A stretch of DNA of 50,211 bases, taken from the IMG/VR virus record IMGVR_UViG_3300021404_000018, positions 1 through 50,211 of that record. One strand, given 5' to 3'. This DNA is from a virus (taxonomy: Duplodnaviria; Caudoviricetes). Positions within the stretch are counted from its first letter, which is position 1; each line of letters begins with the position of its first letter. Under the pieces are notes generated by a model. The model was not told the DNA's origin, searched no databases, and saw only the letters and a list, made by a program, of their open reading frames with translations. This document shows, piece by piece, positions 25,810-34,213 of this stretch. Both the position numbers and the translations under genes were made by a program.

Positions 25810-26288
25810 TGGCGACCGTCAATAAAGTGACCGTTGGTAGTGCTGGGGGGCTTGCTGCTGCAATTGCTCTGATCTCCCCATTCATTCAGCAGCGGGAGGG
25901 GTACGTGCCACATCCCTATCGGGACATCGCCGGAGTCTTGTCTGTCTGCAATGGCCACACAGGCCCAGACATCGTCATGAAGACGTACACGAAGGATCAG
26001 TGTAACGTCCTCACGGAGAAGGACATCACTACGGCTGGTGCGGGTATCCTGAAGATCACTCCAGGTCTCGACAAGAAGCCGTACGTAATGGCCGCTACTA
26101 TTAGCTTTGCTTACAACGTGGGGCTGGGTACCTACGAGAAGAGTTCTGTTGCCCGTGACTTCAAGGCAAAGCAGTTTAAGTTGGGCTGCACTGACATGCT
26201 CAAGTATTCGTTTGTTGGTAAGATTTACTCAAAGGGCCTTGCGGATCGTCGTCAAGGCGAGTACAATATCTGTATGAAAGGTGCGTGA
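25809..26288 (+). CDS. SAR endolysin, T4-lysozyme-like (GH24)
   Basis: Gly/Ala-rich N-terminal SAR; catalytic E-x8-D-x5 spacing in EGYVPHPYRDIAGVLSVCNGHT (Ser at the usual Thr position); SFAYNVG and GLADRR. Confidence 0.92.
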   Translation: MATVNKVTVGSAGGLAAAIALISPFIQQREGYVPHPYRDIAGVLSVCNGHTGPDIVMKTYTKDQCNVLTEKDITTAGAGILKITPGLDKKPYVMAATISFAYNVGLGTYEKSSVARDFKAKQFKLGCTDMLKYSFVGKIYSKGLADRRQGEYNICMKGA

Positions 26289-26875
26289 TGTGGTTCACAG
26301 CAGCCCTCGGGTTTCTAGGTAAAATTGGTCCAGCCGTTACTGGAATTGACTTCAGTGCGGTTGGCAACGTTCTCAAGAACATTGGTGCTAGTATGCTTAA
26401 ATACTGGTACCTGTGGATTATTGGTGTTCTGTTGGCGCTCAACCTGTTCACGGGTTACGAGCTGAAGCATACGCGTGACAACCTCACGAAGGAAGTTGCT
26501 GCTCATGCCAAGGACATTCAAGACTTCAAGACCGCTCAAGACACTGCGAACGCCAACGCGCTTGCAGTTCAAGCCACTCTAGAAAAGGAGTCCAAAGCAA
26601 GTGCGGACCAAGCTGATAGCGACTACTCTGGTTTGCTTGCTAAGTACAGGGCTAATCTCCTGCGCTTCCAAGCCGGTCAAGGTGGTCCCGAGCAATCCAG
26701 TAATAATCAATTTCCAGCCGCCCAAGGCAGCGACGGACCCAGTGTCAGTTCCCAGTTTCCTAAAGGGATCGTGATCAGTGGGGCTGACGCGGACATCTGC
26801 ACGGTGAACACTGCTCGCCTGCAAGCTGTCCATGACTGGGCTGTTGGTCTGCCCAAGCAGGAGGCTGGCAAATGA
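26285..26875 (+). CDS. i-spanin (Rz-like)
   Basis: N-terminal TM, coiled coil, follows the endolysin and contains an embedded lipoprotein ORF. Confidence 0.8.
   Translation: MMWFTAALGFLGKIGPAVTGIDFSAVGNVLKNIGASMLKYWYLWIIGVLLALNLFTGYELKHTRDNLTKEVAAHAKDIQDFKTAQDTANANALAVQATLEKESKASADQADSDYSGLLAKYRANLLRFQAGQGGPEQSSNNQFPAAQGSDGPSVSSQFPKGIVISGADADICTVNTARLQAVHDWAVGLPKQEAGK
26601..26774 (+). CDS. o-spanin (Rz1-like lipoprotein) embedded in the +1 frame of Rz
   Basis: Hand translation MRTKLIATTLVCLLSTGLIS-C-ASKPVKVVPSNPVIINFQPPK...; AAGGAG RBS, GTG start, lipobox LISC, Pro-rich mature part. Confidence 0.82.
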   Translation: MRTKLIATTLVCLLSTGLISCASKPVKVVPSNPVIINFQPPKAATDPVSVPSFLKGS

Positions 26876-27084
26876 AGCTAGTGACACCGAACTATAGTCA
26901 GCGAACTCCAATCGTTAATGAGAGCTCGTTCAATGATCAGCGGATCGGCTCTGCCGACGACACATTCAATCCTGGTGCTAGTTCGAGCCCACTGCCAAAC
27001 GGCCCTCCCCGGTACATTCAGCCACCGGGTAAGAGACCGAATGCAAAGGGCCTGACAAACAAGCGCATCACAGGCAACCTCTAA
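26872..27084 (+). CDS. Hypothetical protein (70 aa)
   Basis: AGGAGG RBS and ATGA overlap with Rz. Confidence 0.65.
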   Translation: MKLVTPNYSQRTPIVNESSFNDQRIGSADDTFNPGASSSPLPNGPPRYIQPPGKRPNAKGLTNKRITGNL

Positions 27085-27125
27085 AAAAAGCCCCGCCGGG
27101 ATTTCTCCTAGCGGGGCTTCTCTTT
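27083..27125. terminator. Bidirectional Rho-independent terminator at the arm convergence
   Basis: A7-GCCCCGC...GCGGGGC-TTCTCTTT. Confidence 0.88.
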
Positions 27126-27195
27126 GATCTATCGGCTGTTACGCGTCAACTACTTGTGTAGCTGAGGTCTGCCCTACTCCGGTAGATCACGGCAG

Positions 27196-29088
27196 TTATA
27201 CGATCTCGCAAAAGCCTGCTGCACACGCGTACTCCTGTGAACCGGTTGTGTTGTCTGTGGCCTCGTACGCCTCCAGTAGCTTCCAATCGATCTTCTTTGG
27301 CATCAACCTCACCCAGGCGTCGTACTCTTCCTTGGTGATCTCCTGGTACGGAGCTTGCTGGTACGTGTGCTCACTATAGGGTAGGAATGCCACACCCGAC
27401 AGAATGTCGAAGTTGTCCCAGACCCAACTGCTAACCTTGACCCACTCGTCCTCCTTCACATTGACTGTGATGGACGGTTTGTGTTCACACCAGTGCTCTT
27501 GAACGTTTCGCCAAATCTCCAGGTGCTCTAGAGCTGTGATGTCCTCGCGACATAGAGCTGTTTCGGGAGCTCGTTGAGGGAAACTGAAGACAACTGTTGA
27601 TTGTGCTGCCATCCGATCCGCCTCGTACGGGACTCCTTGATCAATAAGGAAGGTGGTGAGAGGGTCCTTGATGTCTCCTCGAACGGTACGAATATAGTAA
27701 GGGCTCCAACGAGGGTGAATGCCACTGGCAGAGTCCACAAGTTGGGACACAGTACCGCTAGGCTTAACACAAGTAATAGCGACACTAGCCGTAATGCCAA
27801 GCTGTTTTGCAATCTCCGCATTAGTCTCAACGGCTACTTCTCGAAGGCGTTCAAGCCAGTCGCAACCCTCACCATTACGTCCGAGGATGGGGTGGTCGAG
27901 GATGCCGGTAAGACTGACGCCAAGTAGACGTTCCTCTTCTGTATTCTTCCGCCAGATATCCCTGAGATACTTAAACTTAGTGAGAGTGGATTGAAAGGTC
28001 CCAAGAATGGTGGCCAGTCGCACTTTGCGTTCCAGGGCTCCAAAGTCATCACCAGATCGTACGACAACTTCGGTGAGATTGCAGAATTGATTTGGCCTAA
28101 GAATGATTTCAGAGCAGGGATTGGTTCCAAAGTCTTGACCGGCAGTGAGTCGTCGCCCGTTTCGAGCAGCTTGTCGCACACTTGCTGCGCGATTGAATAT
28201 GCCTCGCTCCCCACTCTTACTGTCGTATAGAGATTGCCACTCCCGTAGAAACTCTCCGACGCTGGGTCTTCCCAGGTACACCGCAGAGTTATTAGAAAGT
28301 CCTCGTTGGGGGTTAACGTCCCACCAGCTTCCGTGTTTGGCATGTCGCATTTCCTCGCTTGGCAAGTCGCTCAGCGAGATCATTGCAGACCGACGAACAC
28401 CGCCGACAACCACGACCTCAGCAATCTTGCACATGATGTCATGGCATTCTAGGCTTGTTAGTTTACGTCCTCGGGCCTTTCCAATGACCTCAGAGACGTA
28501 GGTGAATAGCTCAACAAGTGGCGCAGGTCCGCTAGCACGACCTCCGAAAGTCTTAAGTCTTGCTCCCGCAGGTCGTACCTTACTAACGTCCCATCCCGGA
28601 GCATAGCCGTGATAGAGGTGACCAATGAGTTGTCTGAGAGCACTTGCCCATCCTTCCTTGCTGTCGCGAACCACTACAATCGGTTTGGGGTTGGTGTCCC
28701 ACGTGTCCTTGATAACAGGTAGTTGGTCGATGTACTTGGTCTCAACACTGAACCCAACGCCAGTACCGCACATGAGAATGTACATCGTCTCATCAAAGGC
28801 TCGAAGGCTATCGACAGTCAGGTACGCACAGTTGTAGCCAGCCACATGGGTTCGGTCGAGCGCTGGCCCAGCAGTCATCATACACCTCATGGAGGGCATG
28901 ATGTCCATGTTCTTGATGGCCTTCTCCAGCTCCAGCCAGTCCGAAGAACCTAGCTTAGCGCCACCAGTGTGAACATTCATCCAGTCGATATAGCGCTGAA
29001 CAATCTCATCCCAGCTTTCCCGTCGTCCCTCGTCTTCCAGCCATCGGCTGTACCTAGACGTGGCAATAAACTTCTGATAATCATCCAT
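27196..29088 (-). CDS. nrdJ: Class II (adenosylcobalamin-dependent) ribonucleotide reductase
   Basis: MPSMR, YNCAY, GGVRRSA, TNPCSEI, CNLTE, CVKPSGT, C-terminal CAAGFC; no beta-subunit gene present. Confidence 0.93.
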   Translation of the reverse strand: MDDYQKFIATSRYSRWLEDEGRRESWDEIVQRYIDWMNVHTGGAKLGSSDWLELEKAIKNMDIMPSMRCMMTAGPALDRTHVAGYNCAYLTVDSLRAFDETMYILMCGTGVGFSVETKYIDQLPVIKDTWDTNPKPIVVVRDSKEGWASALRQLIGHLYHGYAPGWDVSKVRPAGARLKTFGGRASGPAPLVELFTYVSEVIGKARGRKLTSLECHDIMCKIAEVVVVGGVRRSAMISLSDLPSEEMRHAKHGSWWDVNPQRGLSNNSAVYLGRPSVGEFLREWQSLYDSKSGERGIFNRAASVRQAARNGRRLTAGQDFGTNPCSEIILRPNQFCNLTEVVVRSGDDFGALERKVRLATILGTFQSTLTKFKYLRDIWRKNTEEERLLGVSLTGILDHPILGRNGEGCDWLERLREVAVETNAEIAKQLGITASVAITCVKPSGTVSQLVDSASGIHPRWSPYYIRTVRGDIKDPLTTFLIDQGVPYEADRMAAQSTVVFSFPQRAPETALCREDITALEHLEIWRNVQEHWCEHKPSITVNVKEDEWVKVSSWVWDNFDILSGVAFLPYSEHTYQQAPYQEITKEEYDAWVRLMPKKIDWKLLEAYEATDNTTGSQEYACAAGFCEIV

Positions 29089-29710
29089 TAATTAAAACTT
29101 CTCCTGGTCCTGGTACATCGATCCACTTGAATAGCGGGTTCTTTTGTTTCGCCTTCACCTCAAATCCCTTGAACTGCCAATCACCACCAATACGAGCAGC
29201 CTTCTTCTGTGCCCGTACAAACGACTTGGCTACCGCGTCTGGAGACTTGTTATTCGACACATAGGTGATGGTGTTAGTGTCCGATGACTGGAACACCTTC
29301 TTACTGACGAACATACCCTTAGTCGTGTATGACGCCAACGTCAGGCTGTGGTCGAAGTTTGCCAAATGCTTCAGAGGTTTGGCGTAGTTTACACCGACCA
29401 TCTGCACCTTGTGAGCGCCATCGACCAGGTACTCAATGACGCTGGAGATCGGATTATTACCAGCCTCGTCCACCCCTTGTAGGTACCATTCATCATGTTC
29501 CTTGACCCACACAGGATCATTAAAGTCAGCGTTTGTCATTTTCCAGTTATCAGGGAAGAGATGCCCCATGCCCGGATGATATGTGTAGAAGATGTCGTAA
29601 TCGTTAACGGGGATGCCAAGAAGATAATCAATAATGGCCCCGCCCATGAGAGCGGAGCCTTTCGGAGCAACAGCTAGTAGCTGGTCCCACAGTTGGGGGC
29701 TATTCATCAT
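29081..29710 (-). CDS. Nucleotidyltransferase (CCA/poly(A) polymerase head-like)
   Basis: GGAIIDYLLG...NDYDIF (GG...DxD) and NFDHSL motifs; start reassigned to the ATG with a GAGG RBS. Confidence 0.7.
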   Translation of the reverse strand: MMNSPQLWDQLLAVAPKGSALMGGAIIDYLLGIPVNDYDIFYTYHPGMGHLFPDNWKMTNADFNDPVWVKEHDEWYLQGVDEAGNNPISSVIEYLVDGAHKVQMVGVNYAKPLKHLANFDHSLTLASYTTKGMFVSKKVFQSSDTNTITYVSNNKSPDAVAKSFVRAQKKAARIGGDWQFKGFEVKAKQKNPLFKWIDVPGPGEVLING

Positions 29711-29879
29711 CGTCGTAGTACCTCTCATCGAGATAAAAAGTACCGTCATCATTATCGATCCGCTTCCTATCGGGGACGACACGTTGACGGTACTTTGGAG
29801 TTAGCAGGTCGCGGGCGATGTGATTACGCCTGCGCTGTTCACGTTTCTCCTTGTCGGAGAACTTATGCAAGCCTACCAT
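29700..29879 (-). CDS. 59-aa peptide with an ArfA-like core
   Basis: Hand translation MVGLHKFSDKEKREQRRRNHIARDLLTPKYRQRVVPDRKRIDNDDGTFYLDERYYDDDE; overlaps both neighbours and fills the gap. Confidence 0.65.
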   Translation of the reverse strand: MVGLHKFSDKEKREQRRRNHIARDLLTPKYRQRVVPDRKRIDNDDGTFYLDERYYDDDE

Positions 29880-30273
29880 TGACGGCTTCTAGGTCCTTAT
29901 TCTTGGCCTCGTACTCAGCCGGGTTCAGGTGCCATTCTTCCAGATCAAGAAAACGCGCTAGCCACAGTTCGGCATTAGCTCCCTTAGACTGGTCCCAGCC
30001 GGGGAGCAGCGCGATAGCGTCTGCGTGATCGATAATATAATCGAGGTCTTGCCGAATTGCGACGCGGCGATCAAAGACTCCCGTAGCTTCAGCCGCTTTG
30101 ATATCACCAGTCTTGGACTTCCACGAGATGCCCTTCGGGTCATGATCTCGATCCTTCTCAGCAGGGTTGAATACTTCATGTCCGCGAGACCGAAGGAAAG
30201 AAGCAGCCGCATCGAAGGCGGGGAAGTTGAAGTCTTTGATGCCCCTCATGGGGCCAGAGAGATACACCTTCAT
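29863..30273 (-). CDS. DUF4406 / nucleoside 2-deoxyribosyltransferase-like protein
   Basis: VYLSGPM.G...FNFPAF, NPAE, ADAIALLPGW..SKGA.AE. Confidence 0.88.
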   Translation of the reverse strand: MKVYLSGPMRGIKDFNFPAFDAAASFLRSRGHEVFNPAEKDRDHDPKGISWKSKTGDIKAAEATGVFDRRVAIRQDLDYIIDHADAIALLPGWDQSKGANAELWLARFLDLEEWHLNPAEYEAKNKDLEAVNGRLA

Positions 30274-30572
30274 ACGTGTCGTCCTACTCCATCACCTGTC
30301 TTAACCCAGGTGCGATTGCTGTTGATCTCCATCTTCTTGTCGAGTTCGTCTTGCATGTTGCCAGCAAGGTTGTCAACCAGTTGGTAGAGACAGAGCACAA
30401 CATCAGCCGCCTCTTCGAGAATTTTATCGACCTCTACATGCCCTTCGCCAAGGCATTCCGCTTCCAGTTCGTCGAACTCTTCACGGGCCTTGACGATGAT
30501 ACCAAGAGCATTCTCCGGAACTCCGAAGGTTGCTCGACCCCAATCAGCTATTCGCTTTTGATCCCAGGTCAC
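30270..30572 (-). CDS. MazG-like NTP pyrophosphohydrolase (DUF550-like)
   Basis: WG..TFG, EEFDEL, EEAADV, KMEIN..RTW. Confidence 0.82.
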   Translation of the reverse strand: MTWDQKRIADWGRATFGVPENALGIIVKAREEFDELEAECLGEGHVEVDKILEEAADVVLCLYQLVDNLAGNMQDELDKKMEINSNRTWVKTGDGVGRHV

Positions 30573-30873
30573 TTCTGATCCTTAGTTCAGCTCTCGCAAG
30601 AGCATTCCATGCTGTGTGTAGATCGTGGTGAAGGCCTGACTCAGGGTCGATGGGTTCACCTTCCGCCTCGTACATCATGTGCCGTACCATCGCGTCTGAG
30701 TAGCGGGCATGTCCATCAGGCACATGCAACCAGCCGTTCCAGGCGTACTTGGTGGCACCGAAGTCACTTACTTGGCTGACCCCTCGGATCGCTCCGGGGA
30801 AATAGGAGATGGCCCCACGAAAAACGGGGGCCTTTCCTGTGTCGTCCTTACGGGCACCGCTGATTTCAGTCAT
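30544..30873 (-). CDS. dATP/dGTP diphosphohydrolase (DUF5664-like)
   Basis: KDDTGK, FGATKY..NGW, RH, DPESGLHH..H.AWNAL; start reassigned to ATG 30873. Confidence 0.85.
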   Translation of the reverse strand: MTEISGARKDDTGKAPVFRGAISYFPGAIRGVSQVSDFGATKYAWNGWLHVPDGHARYSDAMVRHMMYEAEGEPIDPESGLHHDLHTAWNALARAELRIRSDLGSKANS

Positions 30874-31015
30874 CAGACTGGACACCCAGGAAGTTAGTCG
30901 GATCGTCGATAGGGACAATCATCAGATCAAGTTCTGTCAGACTGTCCTCAAAATCGTATCGGGGAATGCCGCGATCCGCCAGCCAATCATACAGGGCTTC
31001 AATTGGATCGTACAT
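30866..31015 (-). CDS. Small acidic hypothetical protein (49 aa)
   Basis: TAATG overlap with the upstream gene. Confidence 0.6.
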   Translation of the reverse strand: MYDPIEALYDWLADRGIPRYDFEDSLTELDLMIVPIDDPTNFLGVQSDD

Positions 31016-31725
31016 TAGCCCACCTTTTGCCTCGTTCCGGTTGACCAGCCGCCACACTCCTGACATTGCATCCGGCGAACCTTGAAGAACTTGGTACGAC
31101 GGAAACCACGGAACTGCATGTGATTAGACCCACAAGCTCCGCACTCATTCTTGTTGTCACCCAGATGCGGGTGGTTATCAATGAAGGGTAGGATGCGCTC
31201 GTAGAGACGAGTAGTGACCATCACATCTTGAATGCAATAGCGCTTCATACGCCTCTGGGCTTTGGGGTCTCCATCAAGGACGGATCGCCACAGACTGAAC
31301 CCTTCATGCTTCAACTTGTTACCGACACCGAGCAGAGGACCGACATACGCCAGCTTGTTCATGTCCAGACCAAACTGTTTGACAGTCTTGATCAGGTCAA
31401 TTGAAGTGGGCGGCGGAGGCGGCACGAGACCCTCAAGGATGAACTGTCCACGGAGCTTCGGAAGGTCGAACCGGTTGCCGTTGTAAGACACGACAGCGTC
31501 CGCTTGACTCAGAAGTTCGTGGGCCTTGGCGATCATAACATCATGTCCATCATCCCAGTCAGAATAGAACATGAACTCTTTGGAACCAACCCAGTGAGCA
31601 CAGAAGCAGATTGTACCGCCGCTGTCCACCACTTGTTCTGGGCTGATGTTGGTGTCGTACATCTGGAAGCTGTAAACTAGAGCGGGCTTCGTTTCAATGT
31701 CGAGAACAAGGATTTTACTATTCAA
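31015..31725 (-). CDS. RNase H-like / DnaQ-type exonuclease with a C-terminal Zn ribbon
   Basis: LDIET, YNGNRFD, YCIQDV and CxxC...CxxC; TTG start with a GGAGGA RBS. Confidence 0.85.
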   Translation of the reverse strand: MNSKILVLDIETKPALVYSFQMYDTNISPEQVVDSGGTICFCAHWVGSKEFMFYSDWDDGHDVMIAKAHELLSQADAVVSYNGNRFDLPKLRGQFILEGLVPPPPPTSIDLIKTVKQFGLDMNKLAYVGPLLGVGNKLKHEGFSLWRSVLDGDPKAQRRMKRYCIQDVMVTTRLYERILPFIDNHPHLGDNKNECGACGSNHMQFRGFRRTKFFKVRRMQCQECGGWSTGTRQKVG

Positions 31726-32230
31726 ACCATTCCTCCGGTATTTTACCATCTGACCATGGGAAGCCATTACGCTCGGCCCATTGGGCATGCGTGGTTTTAC
31801 TTCCGGGAATTTTCTTGTTGGCCATCATGAAGCAAAACCTGATGTCTAGTTCTGGATGTTGCTTCTTCACAGCGACCATCTTTCGTTTGCTATCTCGATC
31901 TAACAAACCTTTAGCCTCGATAATTACCCCATTAGGTAGGATAAAATCAGGCCAGTACGTACCATCGAGGGTATATTGGATAGGAAGTGTTTCGTACTGA
32001 AACTCAACCTTAGCCATCTTCATTTGATTTGCTAGTGTTCTTTCGAACCCACTTCTCATGCCATCCGCTCTTACTGCACCACGCTTTTTATGAAGTTCAG
32101 GTGGTATCGGTTTGTACGTTGCTTTGTGATGGGCCTTGGCACGAAGTCGTATTCGTTCTCTGTTGACCCAATAGTACTCGCGAGACCTAGCTTTGATAAC
32201 CTCTTTATTAGAGAGGTAGTATCGCCGCAT
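31718..32230 (-). CDS. Endonuclease I (T7 gp3-like Holliday junction resolvase) with an N-terminal basic extension
   Basis: RSGFE, Y.PDFILPNG.IIEAKG, HPELDIRF. Confidence 0.9.
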   Translation of the reverse strand: MRRYYLSNKEVIKARSREYYWVNRERIRLRAKAHHKATYKPIPPELHKKRGAVRADGMRSGFERTLANQMKMAKVEFQYETLPIQYTLDGTYWPDFILPNGVIIEAKGLLDRDSKRKMVAVKKQHPELDIRFCFMMANKKIPGSKTTHAQWAERNGFPWSDGKIPEEWFE

Positions 32231-32268
32231 GTCCTCACGAGCACTATCAGAGGTTACTCGTTTAGAAA

Positions 32269-32541
32269 TTAGGCTACTTCGACCTCTTCGTCATCATCCA
32301 CCATCTCCGCAGATTTAACTCGGATCAATGGGACAACTAGAGTAGGGACAGCACCCTTGCCGAAGTCCTTCATAATTGCGCAGTGATGCGGTGTAAAGAT
32401 AAGGAAGCCAGTACCGAAGTACTCTTCATTATCAATATCGACCACAATATAATTGTTCTCAGGGAAACCGTCACCGGTCTCGGTACTCGTCGTACTTGAC
32501 GCTTGAGTTCGCCCAAACGGCAAGACGTTATCGTTACTCAT
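32269..32541 (-). CDS. Hypothetical protein (90 aa)
   Basis: AAGGA RBS, in the replication operon. Confidence 0.7.
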   Translation of the reverse strand: MSNDNVLPFGRTQASSTTSTETGDGFPENNYIVVDIDNEEYFGTGFLIFTPHHCAIMKDFGKGAVPTLVVPLIRVKSAEMVDDDEEVEVA

Positions 32542-32551
32542 TTAGTTCCTT

Positions 32552-33403
32552 TCAGAAGGTGATTTCGCTGACTTGCGGTTCTTTCGCTACTTTTGTAAAA
32601 AATTTCGGGCCAGAAGAATAACGAAAGGTCCGCAGACCAATGCCGCCATTAGCATCGCTCCAACAACGGAACTTATGAGAGCAGTAAGAACAGTTCGTCC
32701 CCAACGTGCGGTTACCGGACTTTCCTTCTTCCTCGTCGTCGTAGCAACGGTCTGGAGCCACTTCCGAGTCAACGACCTGTTTGATGTGTTCGATACGCTC
32801 GACAACATCTACATTGGCCTTGAGTTCGTCTTTGGTGAAGGGAAGATAAGCAATGTGGCCATTCTGTTTATCAGCAGCGAGGAAAGCCCCATCTGTATCG
32901 CGAGCTTGGCAGTACCCTGCAAGCTGCTCGACATATCCGAAAGGGTCATCTTCTGCAAGAGTTCCGTTAGCAAACTTTCGGAAGCTGTGAGTCGATGCGC
33001 TTTTGGCATCTACCGTTACTCCGTCGATGTCCGCATCGATATGGCCTTTAATTCCGTCGATAGCCACTTCAGCTTGGCGAGCCGACACGCTGTGGCCAGA
33101 CATTCGGGCGAGGAATAATAGAAGAGACTCGATAAGGTCCCCATAGATGAACTTGAAGATAGTTGCTGGCGGAAGGACTTCATCTCTGCCGTACCTCTTG
33201 TCGTACCAAAGTTGGCGTCCACCCTTACCGATGTTACTCATGCGGAGGGTGAACTCACGGGGCGGCCCTAGTCGTTCTTCCAGCCGGTTCTTAATGAGGG
33301 AAGCAATCTCCAACCCGAATTCATTTGCTTCGGCGTCAGTGACTTCCTTACCCTCACTAAGGACTCGGTAGATATCCCGAACTAGGGGATGGTCTTCAGC
33401 CAG
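32552..33403 (-). CDS. PD-(D/E)XK, Cas4-like exonuclease
   Basis: LRMSNIG, GHID...DAKS, YVEQL.GY, C.YC..K..CW. The frame is open upstream to a CTG at 33403; the ORF track starts it at 33313. Confidence 0.85.
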   Translation of the reverse strand: MAEDHPLVRDIYRVLSEGKEVTDAEANEFGLEIASLIKNRLEERLGPPREFTLRMSNIGKGGRQLWYDKRYGRDEVLPPATIFKFIYGDLIESLLLFLARMSGHSVSARQAEVAIDGIKGHIDADIDGVTVDAKSASTHSFRKFANGTLAEDDPFGYVEQLAGYCQARDTDGAFLAADKQNGHIAYLPFTKDELKANVDVVERIEHIKQVVDSEVAPDRCYDDEEEGKSGNRTLGTNCSYCSHKFRCWSDANGGIGLRTFRYSSGPKFFTKVAKEPQVSEITF

Positions 33404-33625
33404 TTAGGCCGCAGCCGCCGGAGCGGTAGTGACGGACACGACAACCGGAGCAGCCGTACCAGCCTTGTGTTGGCCAATCGTGGTCAGCGTGTTGATGGCA
33501 TTCGCCTCAGCAGCCTTCAGACTGGCAATGGCCTTAGCCACAGTCGGGACGTTGTGAGCGCCAACAGCGGCCCCCACGACGAACGCGAAGACGCCGATAG
33601 CGACGTCAATAACGATAGTTTCCAT
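33404..33625 (-). CDS. Small membrane-anchored protein (73 aa)
   Basis: N-terminal hydrophobic helix; TAATG overlap with SSB. Confidence 0.7.
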   Translation of the reverse strand: METIVIDVAIGVFAFVVGAAVGAHNVPTVAKAIASLKAAEANAINTLTTIGQHKAGTAAPVVVSVTTAPAAAA

Positions 33626-34086
33626 TACGCGACTTCCTTTTCCCAATCGCCGTCCTGTTCAGGAGCAGCGTCGTTATCTTCCCTAGTCGGGAACTCAGCA
33701 CCTTCGTACGGCACAAGGTTCCAAACCTGGAGGCTCAGAATGTTGGCCGACTTTTGGTTCTTGCCGTATTCGTTGATGGCAAAGTTAACGTTCACCGTGC
33801 TGCCGTTACCGATCTTGGTACGCGGGTTCCACGGTTCGCCGTGATGATCGACCACACGAATAGGAGTATTCGGGCTGCCGTCAACCTTCAGCTCGCGACG
33901 CTTGAACGTCATGAACTTACCATCGCCCTTGTCCTTGATCTTTTCCTTCAGACCTTCGACTTCGAGCTTGTGAGCAGTTTCGTCGTCAATGAAAACGTCA
34001 ATCGACCATTCGCGATGCTTCTTCTCGAAGCCCCAAATGGGTTCACCGATAATCTTCGGCCACTTAGCCTTACCTTGGATCAGCAA
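33625..34086 (-). CDS. Single-stranded DNA-binding protein (T7 gp2.5-like)
   Basis: GKAKW, VVD..G.P....IGNGS.VNV and an acidic tail; has its own promoter. Confidence 0.8.
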   Translation of the reverse strand: MLIQGKAKWPKIIGEPIWGFEKKHREWSIDVFIDDETAHKLEVEGLKEKIKDKGDGKFMTFKRRELKVDGSPNTPIRVVDHHGEPWNPRTKIGNGSTVNVNFAINEYGKNQKSANILSLQVWNLVPYEGAEFPTREDNDAAPEQDGDWEKEVA

Positions 34087-34159
34087 TTCGCTGTTTCCTT
34101 TCAGTTGGTTGTTGTGATTGTAGTGGTGAGAAAGTATCTTCTCTTAACCCTATACTGTT

Positions 34160-34187
34160 ATTATACTCGATACGCGCTCTAAGTCAA
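34160..34187 (-). promoter_or_regulatory. Sigma70 promoter upstream of SSB
   Basis: TTGACT-16 nt-TATAAT. Confidence 0.7.
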
Positions 34188-34213
34188 CAACTAAATGTCA
34201 ACTTTCCGGCGCG

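Noticed and set aside
27126-27188. Nested stems between nrdJ and the terminator as a tRNA or ncRNA
   Set aside because: No cloverleaf or T-loop motif, inconsistent strand signal from wobble pairs, and only one copy.
30270-30873. Z-genome (2-aminoadenine) pathway
   Set aside because: No PurZ/PurA-like gene recognised.
32552-33403. Cas4-like gene as a sign of a CRISPR system
   Set aside because: No repeat-spacer array or other cas genes; it sits in the replication operon as a stand-alone exonuclease.
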